Below, one piece after another: positions 51,601 through 64,000 of a DNA stretch of 64,000 bases; positions within the stretch are counted from its first letter, which is position 1, and every line of letters begins with the position of its first letter. The notes under the pieces are model-generated. The model worked only from the letters and a program-made list of their open reading frames with translations. It did not search any database and had not been told where the DNA came from. The DNA is from Bugula neritina. Taxonomy: Eukaryota > Animalia > Bryozoa. The DNA lies in the NCBI GenBank assembly GCA_964035545.1, contig OZ037772.1, positions 558,001 to 622,000 of the forward strand, in the 5' to 3' direction. A program made the position numbers and the translations under genes.

Positions 51601-52489
51601 CTTTTAACTTGACCGCAAAGCTGGAAGTACGATAAGCGTCGCCGTATTGATTTCAGGCGAATTTTAGTTTATTTCTTTCAAACTGCTGAGAAGTAATATT
51701 TCATTATATTTTGCTTCCATATTTTTATGTCTGTATCAGCCATCAGGGCTATCGCGATACAATTATAAATGTTCTTAATTCAATCAATATTATGAAATAA
51801 TTAATGTAGGAAATTCAATTTTGACTATATAGAATAATCTCAATCTGAATAAGTATTATTTATTTATTTAACACTTGCACTTCGTCTTACTCTTACTCTT
51901 ACTCTTTATCTTAGTCTTAGTCAGATAACATACTGATACTGATACTCAATCTCATACTCAATCTCATACTGAGTCTGATACCCATAGTCATAGTGATAGT
52001 CTTTGCCAGATTATTGCTAGATAACTTAAGCTAGTACTAGTACTACTACTAGTAGTACTACTACTAGTACTAATAATCACAGTACTAATAGTAATAGTAA
52101 TAGTATTAGAGTAATACTAATACTAATAGTAATACTACCACTAGTAGTAGTAGCAGTAGTGCTAGTAGTAGTAGGGTACATGATGATGATCATTATGATT
52201 ATGATTATGAAGATGGTTATTACTATAACTATTACGGTATGAGTATAACTATAAGTATTAGTATTTGATTTTATTTTGCATTGCTAATTGAAGACCATGC
52301 GTTAAAATTAACTGTTTCTCTCTTTTCTAAGTTACATTTAAAGTTGCACACTAATAGACATATATGCTTTCAATTTTTTGGGTCTATCTTTAAGTTGTGA
52401 AACTTGACCAGTATGACTATGACTAACTGTAACTAGAATAAAATATTGGATGATAGAGAAGTTTCATACAGTTACACCTCCTTTGACTT

Positions 52490-55400
52490 GTGCTACCGTC
52501 GGTAGTGTTAAAAGAGTGGAGCCAAAGAAGAGCATAATCACAGAATTCACAGCCTGCTGGTTTGAGCTTTTTGTGGTCTAGAGATTGTACTGGGTTACAG
52601 GGATCTTTTTCCCGTCTGTGAATTTCTGATCCCTGCGGTTGCTTCTGACTGTGGGTAGTTGGAGGTGTTGAGGGAGTGGGCTCACTTGGTAGGCTATATC
52701 ATTGTAATCATATTAACCAACTTAACAGTTTACTAATTCATTGTCTAACTCTGTCTGTCTCTGACTAGTAACACTATTTATTTATTTATTTACTTATTAA
52801 TTTATTTATTTGACTAAATCTTGTCTGTCGTTGTCTAGTAACACTATTTATTTATTTACTTCCTACTCCTTAGAGTTAATATTTGCTAAAATTATCTGAT
52901 AAAAAATTAAAACCTGAACCTGTCTTTGAATATTTTCGAAAAAAAATAATATGACGAAACCTAAAAGATCGGACTCAACCTCAAGTACTAACTCATCAAC
53001 AGCTAAATGCACCCAGAGGCAGTGCTATACTTAATTCTACCCCAGGACCTACCGTGCCTCAGGCAGTGTGTGAAAAGTGTACTAAAAAATAGATAATGAA
53101 GATGAAGGTACCCTGTCAATTGAGTGTGAAACTTGTCTCATTTGGTTTCATTTAGACTGTGCTGATCTTATAAAGCAAGATCTAAACACCATTACGAAGA
53201 AGGGCACTCATTGTTTTTGTGACCAATATAAAGCTGTGGCATTCCCAAATTTCATAACCAGACTTCAAGCTGTTGAATCCCACATTGAAAAAAGTTATGT
53301 TCAAGTAATGGGTTCATTTAATAATCGCATGACTGCTGTGGAATCTCAACTAACTAGCTTATTTGAGAATCATGTTTCCAGAAATGAGAAAACATTTGCT
53401 TCGGTAGTTGCAAGACTGGAAGACTCCACTACAACAATAAATAGGCAACTAAAAAACCAAGAAGTTCAAATTAAATCTACCAAAACAAAGATTTCTAGCG
53501 AAAGCAGAGCTAAAAATATCATAGTTTTTAGAATTTCCGAGGAACACGACTATAGTGAACTAGGCTTTGAGTTGAGCATTAACTCTTCACGGATGTTCTT
53601 TATTATGTTTTATTATACTTCTATTGACATCCTATTGACATCGTCAAGACTACAATTATTGCAATTCAAACTTACATGATCAGGATAAACATAAATAAAC
53701 AATAAACAAAAAAGAAAACAATATAATAAATGTAAATAACTTACTTATTTTGCTCTCTTAAAATTACACCAGTTCACTAGCACCAACTATTGCCAAGTGC
53801 CAGAGTTAGCACTGGCTGTGCTGTAGAAAGCTTTTCTTAGTGTAGCTAAAATAGCTTATCAAACTAGCGCTAATTTCACTACGACACTACTTTAGATGAA
53901 TCCATAGGAAAACTTTCAGAAGTTTTAGATTCATGTAGTCTCAGATTTCACACATCAAGAGACAATGCCGCAAGATTAGGACAAAAAAAAAAGTTGACAA
54001 GATTAGACCCACAAGACTAACATCAGCTTTAGAAGTTCAAAAATGGGAATTTCTAAAACGAATCAACGATCAGAAAATAGAAGGAGTCTTTGCGCGTCTT
54101 GACTGGAACAAAGAGGAACAAGAAAAAGATTTTTAACTGAGAAGCGAGCTTAGGGAATTGAGGCAGAAAAATCCAGAAAACAAGTACAAGATAACAAACG
54201 GGAAGATAATAATCGAAGAATATTATCTGTAAATGCAAGATCAGTAAGGGGGAAAATATCGGAGATTCAAACCCTATCCGTTGAATACAATATCATTTGT
54301 ATTACTGAAACACACCTAGATAATGCATTTTTGAATTCTCAATTGTTTTCTCCCAAAGATAAAGTAGTATATAGAAAAGGCCGTGACTCGCACGGAGGTG
54401 GTGTATTGATTGCCATAAATGTACTGACTTGTCATATAAAGTTTAAAGCGCAAATTAAATAACACCGGGTATTAGCCACCATTTCATGATAGAAACGGTC
54501 TTGACCTGTAAAGTTGAACAGGAGAAGAAACCACTTATCCCCCATCAAGCTATTTCACAAAATCGAGTTTCGAACTCGGCGAGTTTACAACTTGTCTAGA
54601 CGAGTTGCTTTATACTATTAAAAACAAATTAATGCTGAAATATGATATTAATGTTATATGGAATACATTTCAGACTGAATTACATATACTTGTTGATTCA
54701 TATGTCCCAACTAAACAACGTAAGCCTAAAAATCTACATGAGCCTCTCTGGTTTACGGGCATGTAAGAAACAGCGAAAGTTCTACAACCGCTTTCAAAAG
54801 TCTGGTGATACTGATCACTTGGCTAAATATAAAGAATTACGTCGCCACAATGAAAAATTATTTAGGAAGCTAAAAGTATCTTTTCTGGTGAATCGTCTAT
54901 ACCAACCTCTTTCCAGTGGCTACACAAAACTGTTTTACAAATATGTTACAGACCTAAAAGGGAATGATCATGAGATTACTTCCATAGAAAATAATGATGA
55001 TATTTTGATGCGCGATAAAACTAAGATATCTAACACTCTGAATGGTTTTTTCTACAGTGTGATTACCACTCCATCACCTTTAACAGAATTACCATCAGTC
55101 GCTGAGAAACATAATATAGTGGTAACTAAAGAAGGAGCTGTAAACCTGCTGAGACAACTTGTGCAAGGTAAAGCTCCTGGGGTAGATGAATTCACAAAGA
55201 ACTATCTCACAGTAGACTTAGATCGAACAGCAGAAATACTGGTGTGTATTTTGAATCATTCACTCAGTACAGGAATAGTGCCGGATGACTGGAAGACTGC
55301 AAATGTAACACCTGTGTTTAAACAGGGTAACCGCACTCTAGTTTCCAACTATCGACCAGTATCACTAACGTGCATTTGTTGTAAAATTCTTGAACATGTG

Positions 55401-56390
55401 GTTCTGCATCATTTAAACACACAATTGGAAAATTTCATACATGAAAGCCAACATGGTTTTCGCCGCAACTTTTTATGTGTTACTCAGCTTGCTACCGTCA
55501 ACCATGATATATTAAGGCATACAGATAAAGGACATTTTGTAGATGCAGTTGTGCTGGATTTTTCTGAAGCCTTTGATGTAATTGACCATCATATTCTTGT
55601 AAACAAAATTATATTGTTAAAAAATAAACCCCTGTATTATCTGATAAGTATCATCATTTTTAACTGGACGCTCACAACGAGTGGTCATTGATGGGGTATC
55701 TTCGGATTTAACACCAGTGACTTCCGGGGTTCCACAAGGAAATGTGCTGGGTCCAACATTATTCGTTTTGCTTATTAATGACATTGTAAACTGCGTTACA
55801 CACAGTACAATCAGACTTTTTGCTCATGACACTCTTGTCTATCCGCCCATTACTGATGCAAATGACCTTCATAACCTACAGGGATATCTCTAGACTTTAT
55901 AGGTGGGCAAAAGAAAACAATATGAAGTTTAACTCAAAGAAAAGTAATGTCATCACCTTTGGTAAGAAAACAGAAAATATGGAAAATGTCTTCACTTATA
56001 AATTAGGAAAAGATCCCCTTAATAGAGTTGGAGTTGTAAAATACCTTGGGATATTGCTGGGATAGGCCTGGAAACATTAAGAAAGCGCAGACAATCACAA
56101 AGAATTTCTTTGTTTTGTCAGATTACTGTTAATGATGATTTATTTCCAACCTTACATAACACACTTAAATCAATGAAATCCTCAACCCATGACATGAATA
56201 CCCGTATTAAGACTTTCAATGCTATAGCCTGCGATTGGAGCCTGTACCTGCAGGGTTTCCTGGTGCGCACTGTCCGGGAGCTCCATACGGGGGAGATAGT
56301 AGCGGACTTTTGAGCCTGGAAAGATCCGAGAGCCCCACAATTACTCTCTCCGAGAGGTCTTGGGACTTAACCCAATCAAGATCAAGATAA
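52490..56390 (+). mobile_element. CR1-type non-LTR retrotransposon, decayed: PHD-finger ORF1, APE-RT ORF2, (ATCAAG)n tail
   Basis: ORF1 from ATG 52950 with CEKC..IECETCLIWFHLDC..FC, ESRAKNIIVF and ARLG. APE: NARSV, ICITETHL, RDSHGGGVLIAI. RT: KAPGVD, WKTANVTPVFKQG..NYRPVSLT, QHGFR, LDFSEAFD, SGVPQGNVLGPTLF, LFAHD, KYLGI. Tail AATCAAGATCAAGA at ~56374. Confidence 0.88.
53551..53881. mobile_element. Small non-autonomous insertion in CR1 ORF1 with TAGTGAA..TTCACTA ends and 4-bp TSD CGAC
   Basis: CGAC|(TA)TAGTGAAC..ATTTCACTA|CGAC. Removing it restores the frame EEHD-TTLDESIGKLSEVL..ARLG. Confidence 0.7.
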
Positions 56391-57122
56391 CATTAACTAA
56401 CAGTTTACTGTGATTGTGTAGATATATTGATGTGTTTATCATGATTATCAATATCACTCGTTATTCATTATCATTGTGATTATCATTTAAGTTTAAGTGA
56501 TTTACTTTTAGTTTTAGTTCAACACTTCCAGTGAATGGGACTCAGACTGCAAATCAAATTTAAATTATTCATATTGACGTTGAAGTTTAATTTTATTTTG
56601 AAACTTAAAAATTAAAATTAATATAGTTTGTTCAAACAATTAAAATTATATTAATTATTGTAATGATCATAATCATAGTCATAACGTTAACTCATATTGC
56701 AATAGACATTGATAGTAATACTAAACTTTGGTCTTTTGCTTTTCAAACTTGCAGGTAGAAACAATTTTAAATGAGTATTAGTATGTTGAATACTGGTGAT
56801 CATATGGGGAAAATGATGATAGTTCTTACTTGCAATTCATTTGTTTGTTTGATTATCAATTTGTATGTTCAGTAAATTTTATGTATTTCTAGGTATTGCA
56901 TACTCTAGCAATAATAACTTTTATTCTGTAAATGGATGTATAATAATGTTAAGGTGACTATAGTTTTATGTGATTGTCTATAAAATACTCTTGTTAGCAT
57001 TAGTGTTCTTGATGTATCATTAGTGTTACTAAAAACAATGTTTAGGCTTAAAATCAATACTATTGTCATAATTCAAATTTATTTTTTGTATTTGTTTTTC
57101 GAAATTTTGTTTGTTCTGAAAC

Positions 57123-57143
57123 CAGGACCAACCACTACTACTA

Positions 57144-57184
<41 letters not shown>

Positions 57185-57304
57185 GCTGCTACTACCACCA
57201 CCACCACTACTACTGCTACTACCACCACCACCACTACTACCACTACTAATACCATCTCCACAACTACCACCACCACTACTACTACCACAACTACTACTCC
57301 TTCA

Positions 57305-57342
<38 letters not shown>

Positions 57343-59935
57343 CACTACTACCACTACTACTACTACCACTACTACTACCACCACCACTACTACCACCACC
57401 ACTACTACCACCACCACTACAACCACTACTACTACTCCTTCAACAACCACTACTACTACTCCTTCAATTACCACTACTACTACCACTACTGCTACTATTA
57501 CCACCACTACTACTACTACCACTACTACTACCACTACTACTACTACCACCACCACTACTACGACTACTACTACTACTACTCCTTCAACTACCACTACTAC
57601 TACCACTACTGCTACTATTACCACCACTACTACTACTACCACTACTACTACTACCACTACTACTACCACTACTACCACTACTACCACTACTACTACTACT
57701 ACTCCTTCAACAACCACTACTACTACTCCTTCAACTACTACTGCTACAGCTGCTACTACTACCACCACCACTACTACCACCATCACTACTACCACCACCA
57801 CTACAACCACTACTACTACTCCTTCAACAACCATTACTACTACTCCTTCAACTACCACTACTACTACTATCACCACCACTACTACTACTACCACTACTAC
57901 TACTCCTTCAACTACTACTACTACAAATACCACTACTACACTACTACTACCACTACTACAACCACTATTACTACTACTACTACTACCACTACTACTACTA
58001 CCACTACTACTACTACCACTACTTCTACTCCTTCAACTACTACTGCTACAGCTGCTACTACTACCACCACCACTACTACCACCACCACTACTACCACCAC
58101 CACTACAACCACTACTACTACTCCTTCAACAACCACTACTACTACCACTACTGCTACTATCACCACCACTACTACTACTACCACTACTACTACTCCTTCA
58201 ACTACTACTACTACAACTACCACTACTACACTACCACTACCACTACTACTACTACCACTACTACTACTCCTTCAACTACTACTACTACAAATACCACTAC
58301 TACACTACTACTACCACTACTACAACCACTATTACTACTACTACTACTACCACTACTACTACTACCACTACTACTACTACCACTACTTCTACTCCTTCAA
58401 CTACTACTGCTACAGCTGCTACTACTACCACCACCACTACTACCACCACCACTACTACCACCACCACTACAACCACTACTACTACTCCTTCAACAACCAC
58501 TACTACTACCACTACTGCTACTATCACCACCACTACTACTACTACCACTACTACTACTCCGTCAACTACTACTACTACAACTACCACTACTACACTACCA
58601 CTACCACTACTACAACCACTACTTCTACCACTACTACTACCACCACCACTACAACCACTACTACTACTCCTTCAACTACCACTACTCCTTCAACTACTAC
58701 TACCACTGCTACAACCACTACTACTACTACTACTACTACTACAGCTGCTACTACTACTACTCCTTCAACAACCACTACTACTACTCCTTCAACTACTACT
58801 GCTACAGCTGCTACTACTACCACCACCACTACTACCACCATCACTACTACCACCACCACTACAACCACTACTACTACTCCTTCAACAACCATTACTACTA
58901 CTATCACCACCACTACTACTACTACCACTGCTACTACTCCTTCAACTACTACTACTACAAATACCACTACTACACTACTACTACCACTACTACAACCACT
59001 ATTACTACTACTACTACTACCACTACTACTACTACCACTACTACTACTACCACTACTTCTACTCCTTCAACTACTACTGCTACAGCTGCTACTACTACCA
59101 CCACCACTACTACCACCACCACTACTACCACCACCACTACAACCACTACTACTACTCCTTCAACAACCACTACTACTACCACTACTGCTACTATCACCAC
59201 CACTACTACTACTACCACTACTACTACTCCTTCAACTACTACTACTACAACTACCACTACTACACTACCACTACCACTACTACTACTACCACTACTACTA
59301 CTCCTTCAACTACTACTACTACAAATACCACTACTACACTACTACTACCACTACTACAACCACTATTACTACTACTACTACTACCACTACTACTACTACC
59401 ACTACTACTACTACAAATACCACTACTACACTACTACTACCACTACTACAACCACTATTACTACTACTACTACTACCACTACTACTACTACCACTACTAC
59501 TACTACCACTACTTCTACTCCTTCAACTACTACTGCTACAGCTGCTACTACTACCACCACCACTACTATCACCACCACTACTACCACCACCACTACAAAC
59601 ACTACTACTACTCCTTCAACAACCACTACTACTACCACTACTGCTACTATCACCACCACTACTACTACTACCACTACTACTACTCCTTCAACTACTACTA
59701 CTACAACTACCACTACTACACTACCACTACCACTACTACAACCACTACTTCTACCACTACTACTACCACCACCACTACAACCACTACTACTACTCCTTCA
59801 ACTACCACTACTCCTTCAACTACTACTACCACTGCTACAACCACTACTACTACCACTACTACCACTACCACCGCCTCCACCACCACCCGCTGCCACTCCA
59901 ACTGCTACTCCAACTGCCGAACCAACAACAACTAA
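57123..59935 (+). repeat. Thr-rich (ACT/ACC/ACA) mucin-like repeat region with 290-bp higher-order units and recurrent frameshifts
   Basis: Third-position-variable ACN codons with interspersed CCT TCA (PS) and GCT, after a plausible acceptor (..AAACCAG at ~57126). Thr frame unbroken to 57937. Confidence 0.85.
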
Positions 59936-60325
59936 AATGTTTGTCAATTCCAGAGCCCTCGACTTCAGTATGAAATTCCCATGACTTGGTGGCCATGTTG
60001 CAATTTAGAGTAACTATAACTTTGAGAGTGTAAGCTAAAATCTACACAATAATATGTTCATTAAAATTGTACTCTGCTTGTCACCAATTTCAATATTAAC
60101 TAATTATTTGTTTTCCCAAACTTAACTTCCAGAATTTTCTTCTAACCTATCCAATCTATAGTATAAAACTAAATCCTCACTTCCTTTCTATATAACCCTG
60201 AATTATATTAGCTCAGTATAATTTTTTAGGCTCAGTTCCTTAGAATATAGTGATTTATAGTTAATTCAACTTAGCATGTTATGCACCGTCTGCTAATTTT
60301 TAGATAAGTGAGACATTTTTAGAGG

Positions 60326-60744
60326 TGTGAGCTATGATCAAAAAGTCAATCTTTTTTTACTTTGCTCTCTGCTATTCTTTCTCCATATTCTACACTATTT
60401 TACCTTTTTCTTGCACACCATTTTTTACATTACATTACATTCTTATTTGTTACACCACATTCTACCTTATTTTGTTGAGAAACAATCATGCGATCCTATC
60501 GCTAATCACATTCATGACAATCACGTGACAATATGCTAACTAATTGCTTTACTAGAATCGCTGTATACTTGTTTACTCTCTCTTCCGTTTTATATTATAC
60601 AAAACCATCACGCTGTTTTTCATTCTAATAAATATTTTATTATCAAATAATTAAATCAATCAGTCAGTTTGCTCGATAATTTAAATCAGCAATCAATAAC
60701 GTATTTCATAATAAATACTATACACAATGGCCACACATTCAACA
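60326..60744 (+). repeat. 5' LTR of the copia element
   Basis: 3' end fixed by CA followed by the PBS; 5' TG boundary inferred because the second LTR is outside the window. Contains AATAAA. Confidence 0.65.
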
Positions 60745-63700
60745 GGTTATGGGCCCAGTGGCTTCAAACACAGGCTTCTCTTTGATGGTGATTCAAACAA
60801 TTTCTCAATTTGGGAAACAAGATTCACTTCATACTTGTACACACAAGATGAACGAGTACACACCGCACTTCTACCCAAAGAAGAAGGAGAAGATAACGCT
60901 GCTGACTTCAACAAAAAGAATAAGCGAGCTTACGCTGAGCTTGTACAAGTTTTAGACGAAAAGTCTCTTCAACTTGTGATGAGAGATGCCAAAGACGATG
61001 GAAGAAAAGCATTCAAAATCCTAAAAGAACACTATGCAAGTACACAAAAGCCTAGAGTATTAACTCTTTATGAACAACTTACAACTGTAAAAATGAATGA
61101 TACAGAAGACATTACAGATTACCTGATTCGTGCTGAGAACTACTCAGCAGGCCTCAAGTCTGCTGGGGAAAATATTAGTGACAATTTGGTGATCGCAATG
61201 ATCATGAAAGGATTACCAACATCCTACCAGCCTTTTGTTGTAGTACATACGCAACTTGACAAAAACCAAACCCTATCAGAGTTCAAAGCAGCTCTGACCA
61301 ATTTCGACCTTACTGAGTCGGCAAGATGCTCTCAATCTACAGCCATGGTATTTAAAGGAAGAGACAATTTCAAACCCACTAGCAAACGTGATAAACAATG
61401 CACTGCTTGTGGTAAAAGCAATCATTCTACAACAGATTGTTACTCAAAGCACAAACTATTTTGTAACTACTGCAAGAAAGCTGGACATATCGAATCAGTT
61501 TGCTGGACAAAGAAGAAGACAAGTAAAACTGAAATTTCATCGGCAAATGCCACATATGCCTTCACTGTGAATACATCAAACCAATGCAACATAGCCACAC
61601 AAAATAAATCTCAAGGAGGACAGTTGCTTATGGTGGACTGCGGAGCAACAAGTCATCTGGTGAACAATGAGAACAACTTCATTAGTTTTGATAAGAGCTT
61701 CACGCCTGAGAACCACTACATAGAGATGGCAGATGGTCGCAAAACAAACAAGCTGGCTGTAGCCAAAGGCACAGCACAGTTTACTATTACTGATGACAAC
61801 AATATGGAGCAGCAGATTCATCTAAAAGACGCTTTGCTAGCACCAACAATACCAACAAGCCTATTTTCAGTCCACGCCGCCACACAAAAAGGGGCAAAAG
61901 TACATTTCTCTAGAGAGAAAAATATACTGACAGTCGACAGGACAACTTTTCCAATTATGCCCAAAGGCAGATTGTACTTCCTCAAGACAACCCATACAGG
62001 TGACTCAATAAACACCGCAAAATCGCTGCCCGATTGGCACAGGGCACTAGGTCATATGAACACCAATGACATAATTGAGCTGGAGAAAGTGACAACAGGT
62101 ATGACCATAACTGGAGCAAAATTAAAAATTGCATGCAAGACATGTGACGAAAGTAAAATCACCAAACAACCTCACAAACAAGACGATAAACCTGAACTAG
62201 CTACACAGCCTCTACAACGTGTACACTCTGACTTATGCGGACCCATCACACCAACTGCTAGAGGAGGACAAAACTACATAATAAACTTCATAGATGAATT
62301 TTCCAGTATGTTGTTCACCTACAATATACGCCACAAAAGTGATGCCACCACTGCACTTAAGCAATTCATTGCAGATGTGGCACCTATAGGAGATGTGAAG
62401 GAGATCCATACTGACAACGGCATGGAGTACCTTGGACAGCCATTTGAAGCCGTGCTACGCGAGAGGGGAATCAAACACACCACTACAGCACCCTACTCAT
62501 CCTACCAGAATGGTAAATCAGAGAGGACTTGGCGCACCATAATGGACACAGCACGATGCCTACTCAAAGATTCAAATCTCCCCAAGACTTTCTGGAGTTT
62601 TGCCGCTGACCATGCCAAGTACCTAAGAAACCGAAGCTACCAGAGACGGACGGGAAAGACAGCCTATGAATTATTCACAGGCACGCTACCCGACATGAGG
62701 AAAATCCACAATTTTGGATCCCAATGCACATTCTACTCAGAGGGAAATAAATTAAAACTCAGTGACCGCGGACAAAGCGGCATATATCTTGGTGTCAACA
62801 CAAAGGCCCAAGGCTACCTTATACTTACCCCTAATCAGAAAATTGTTACATCCAGAAATGTCATACCACAAATATGCGGAAATGACGCAATGAACGTCAT
62901 ACCACAAGGACCCGCACAAAACAGCAGAAATGGTACTCAGAATACCATGCCACAAGAACCTGCACAAATATGCGGAAATGATGCAATGAACGTCATACCA
63001 CAAGGACCCGCACAAAACAGCAGAAATGGTACTCAGAATACCATGCCACAAGAACCTGCACAAATATGCGGAAATGACGCAATGAAAGTCATGCCACAAG
63101 GACCCGCACTAAACAGCAGAAATGGTACTCAGAATACCATGCCACAAGAACCTGCACCAGATCCGGCAAAGGCCACCAACCAACCTGGACCACGTAAATC
63201 GGAACAGAAACGAAAGCCTCCTACATACCTACAGGACTATGACATAGAAGACACTGACTATGCTTGCTCACTGATGGCAAACATACCACAGTCCTACCAA
63301 GAAGCTGTAAATTCAAAAGATAAAGAAGCCTGGAAGAAAGCCATGGACAAGGAAATAAACACCCTACGTGATTCAAACACCTGGTCTATCCAGCCGCTAC
63401 CTGAAGACAGGACAGAGACCAAGGGCAGATGGGTTTATACCCTCAAACAGGGAAAAACGCCAGGTGAAACTCAACATAAAGCTAGATATGTAGCAAAAGG
63501 ATTTTCACAAATACAAGGAGTTGACTATGAAGAAACTTACAGTCCAACCACCAGATTCACATCCATCAGATTGCTGTTACAGAAAGCAGCAAATGAAAAC
63601 ATGAAAATACATCAACTAGATGTTAAAGGAGCGTACCTAAACGCACCAATCGATAAGGAAATTTATCTACAACAGCCTGAAGGGTACGAAGAAACCAACA

Positions 63701-64000
63701 AACAAGGGAAGCTTTCTTGTCGTCTCAACAAATCCATTTATGGCCTCAAGCAAAGCGGACGCAATTGGCACCAAACACTGACCACTTTCCTCAAGGAGCA
63801 AGGCTTCACACCTGGTGCTGGAGACCCTTGTCTATACTCAAAAGAGGACCCTTCAGATAAATCAGCCAACATCATCATTCTTTTCTGGGTTGATGACATC
63901 CTTCTCTGCTACCGAGACAACAACAGAATCACACAAACCAAATCTATGATGCAACAAAAATTCAACATGGATGATAGAGGAGAATTAAGCTGGTTCCTGG
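60727..64000 (+). CDS. Copia gag-pol polyprotein, no stop in window (absent from the ORF track because it runs off the edge)
   Basis: MATHSTGYGPSG..LLFDGDSNNFSIWETRF; knuckles CTACGKSNHSTTDC and CNYCKKAGHIESVC; protease MVDCGATSH; integrase WHRALGH..CKTC, VHSDLCGP, TDNGMEY, QNGKSER; RT KARYVAKGFSQ, QLDVKGAYL, IYGLKQSGRNW, FWVDDIL. Confidence 0.93.
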   Translation, partial: MATHSTGYGPSGFKHRLLFDGDSNNFSIWETRFTSYLYTQDERVHTALLPKEEGEDNAADFNKKNKRAYAELVQVLDEKSLQLVMRDAKDDGRKAFKILKEHYASTQKPRVLTLYEQLTTVKMNDTEDITDYLIRAENYSAGLKSAGENISDNLVIAMIMKGLPTSYQPFVVVHTQLDKNQTLSEFKAALTNFDLTESARCSQSTAMVFKGRDNFKPTSKRDKQCTACGKSNHSTTDCYSKHKLFCNYCKKAGHIESVCWTKKKTSKTEISSANATYAFTVNTSNQCNIATQNKSQGGQLLMVDCGATSHLVNNENNFISFDKSFTPENHYIEMADGRKTNKLAVAKGTAQFTITDDNNMEQQIHLKDALLAPTIPTSLFSVHAATQKGAKVHFSREKNILTVDRTTFPIMPKGRLYFLKTTHTGDSINTAKSLPDWHRALGHMNTNDIIELEKVTTGMTITGAKLKIACKTCDESKITKQPHKQDDKPELATQPLQRVHSDLCGPITPTARGGQNYIINFIDEFSSMLFTYNIRHKSDATTALKQFIADVAPIGDVKEIHTDNGMEYLGQPFEAVLRERGIKHTTTAPYSSYQNGKSERTWRTIMDTARCLLKDSNLPKTFWSFAADHAKYLRNRSYQRRTGKTAYELFTGTLPDMRKIHNFGSQCTFYSEGNKLKLSDRGQSGIYLGVNTKAQGYLILTPNQKIVTSRNVIPQICGNDAMNVIPQGPAQNSRNGTQNTMPQEPAQICGNDAMNVIPQGPAQNSRNGTQNTMPQEPAQICGNDAMKVMPQGPALNSRNGTQNTMPQEPAPDPAKATNQPGPRKSEQKRKPPTYLQDYDIEDTDYACSLMANIPQSYQEAVNSKDKEAWKKAMDKEINTLRDSNTWSIQPLPEDRTETKGRWVYTLKQGKTPGETQHKARYVAKGFSQIQGVDYEETYSPTTRFTSIRLLLQKAANENMKIHQLDVKGAYLNAPIDKEIYLQQPEGYEETNKQGKLSCRLNKSIYGLKQSGRNWHQTLTTFLKEQGFTPGAGDPCLYSKEDPSDKSANIIILFWVDDILLCYRDNNRITQTKSMMQQKFNMDDRGELSWFL
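60745..60758 (+). promoter_or_regulatory. Primer binding site GGTTATGGGCCCAG (half initiator tRNA-Met priming)
   Basis: Matches the Drosophila copia-type PBS, complementary to an internal region of tRNAiMet. Confidence 0.88.
62867..63157 (+). repeat. In-frame 96-bp tandem triplication in the IN-RT linker
   Basis: QICGNDAMNVIPQGPAQNSRNGTQNTMPQEPA x3, with AATATGCGGA at 62871, 62967 and 63063. Confidence 0.92.

Larger units (their letters stand above)
60326..64000 (+). mobile_element. Ty1/copia LTR retrotransposon (GalEa-like), extends past window end
   Basis: 5' LTR TG..TTCAACA (~60326-60744), PBS, and a single gag-PR-IN-RT ORF in copia domain order. Confidence 0.93.

Noticed and set aside
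57023-59935. 970-aa ORF and the antisense poly-Val ORFs as validated genes
   Set aside because: (ACT)n lacks stops in all plus frames, so length is not evidence. The poly-Val ORFs are just the reverse complement.

Overview
AT-rich eukaryotic DNA with GT-AG introns and a fibrillar collagen gene, so almost certainly an invertebrate animal. The window holds decayed intron-containing genes and many transposons. Host-gene remnants: a fibrillar collagen with a COLFI C-propeptide (+, ~0.8-7.6 kb; in-frame TAA and many Gly substitutions), a convergent coiled-coil gene (-, 8.5-11.8 kb, disrupted), an intronless SPOP/roadkill fragment (21.5 kb), a disrupted multi-exon gene with tentative MCMDC2-like similarity (-, 44-50.5 kb) and a Thr-rich mucin-like repeat (57-60 kb). 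Mobile elements: a Penelope-like element (RT + GIY-YIG) with inverted pLTRs, each carrying a minimal hammerhead ribozyme, set in (TA)n; the right half of a CACTA/EnSpm-like element with a spliced DUF4806-like gene, apparently splitting a Copia gag; three Gypsy gag fragments; an Academ-type DNA transposon whose ~1.18 kb inverted arms include its own transposase C-terminus; a CR1-type LINE with a nested insertion; and a GalEa-like Ty1/copia whose ORF is intact up to the window edge. Many minisatellites abut splice sites. All calls come from manual reading and recalled family motifs; no searches were run and coordinates are approximate to a few bp.
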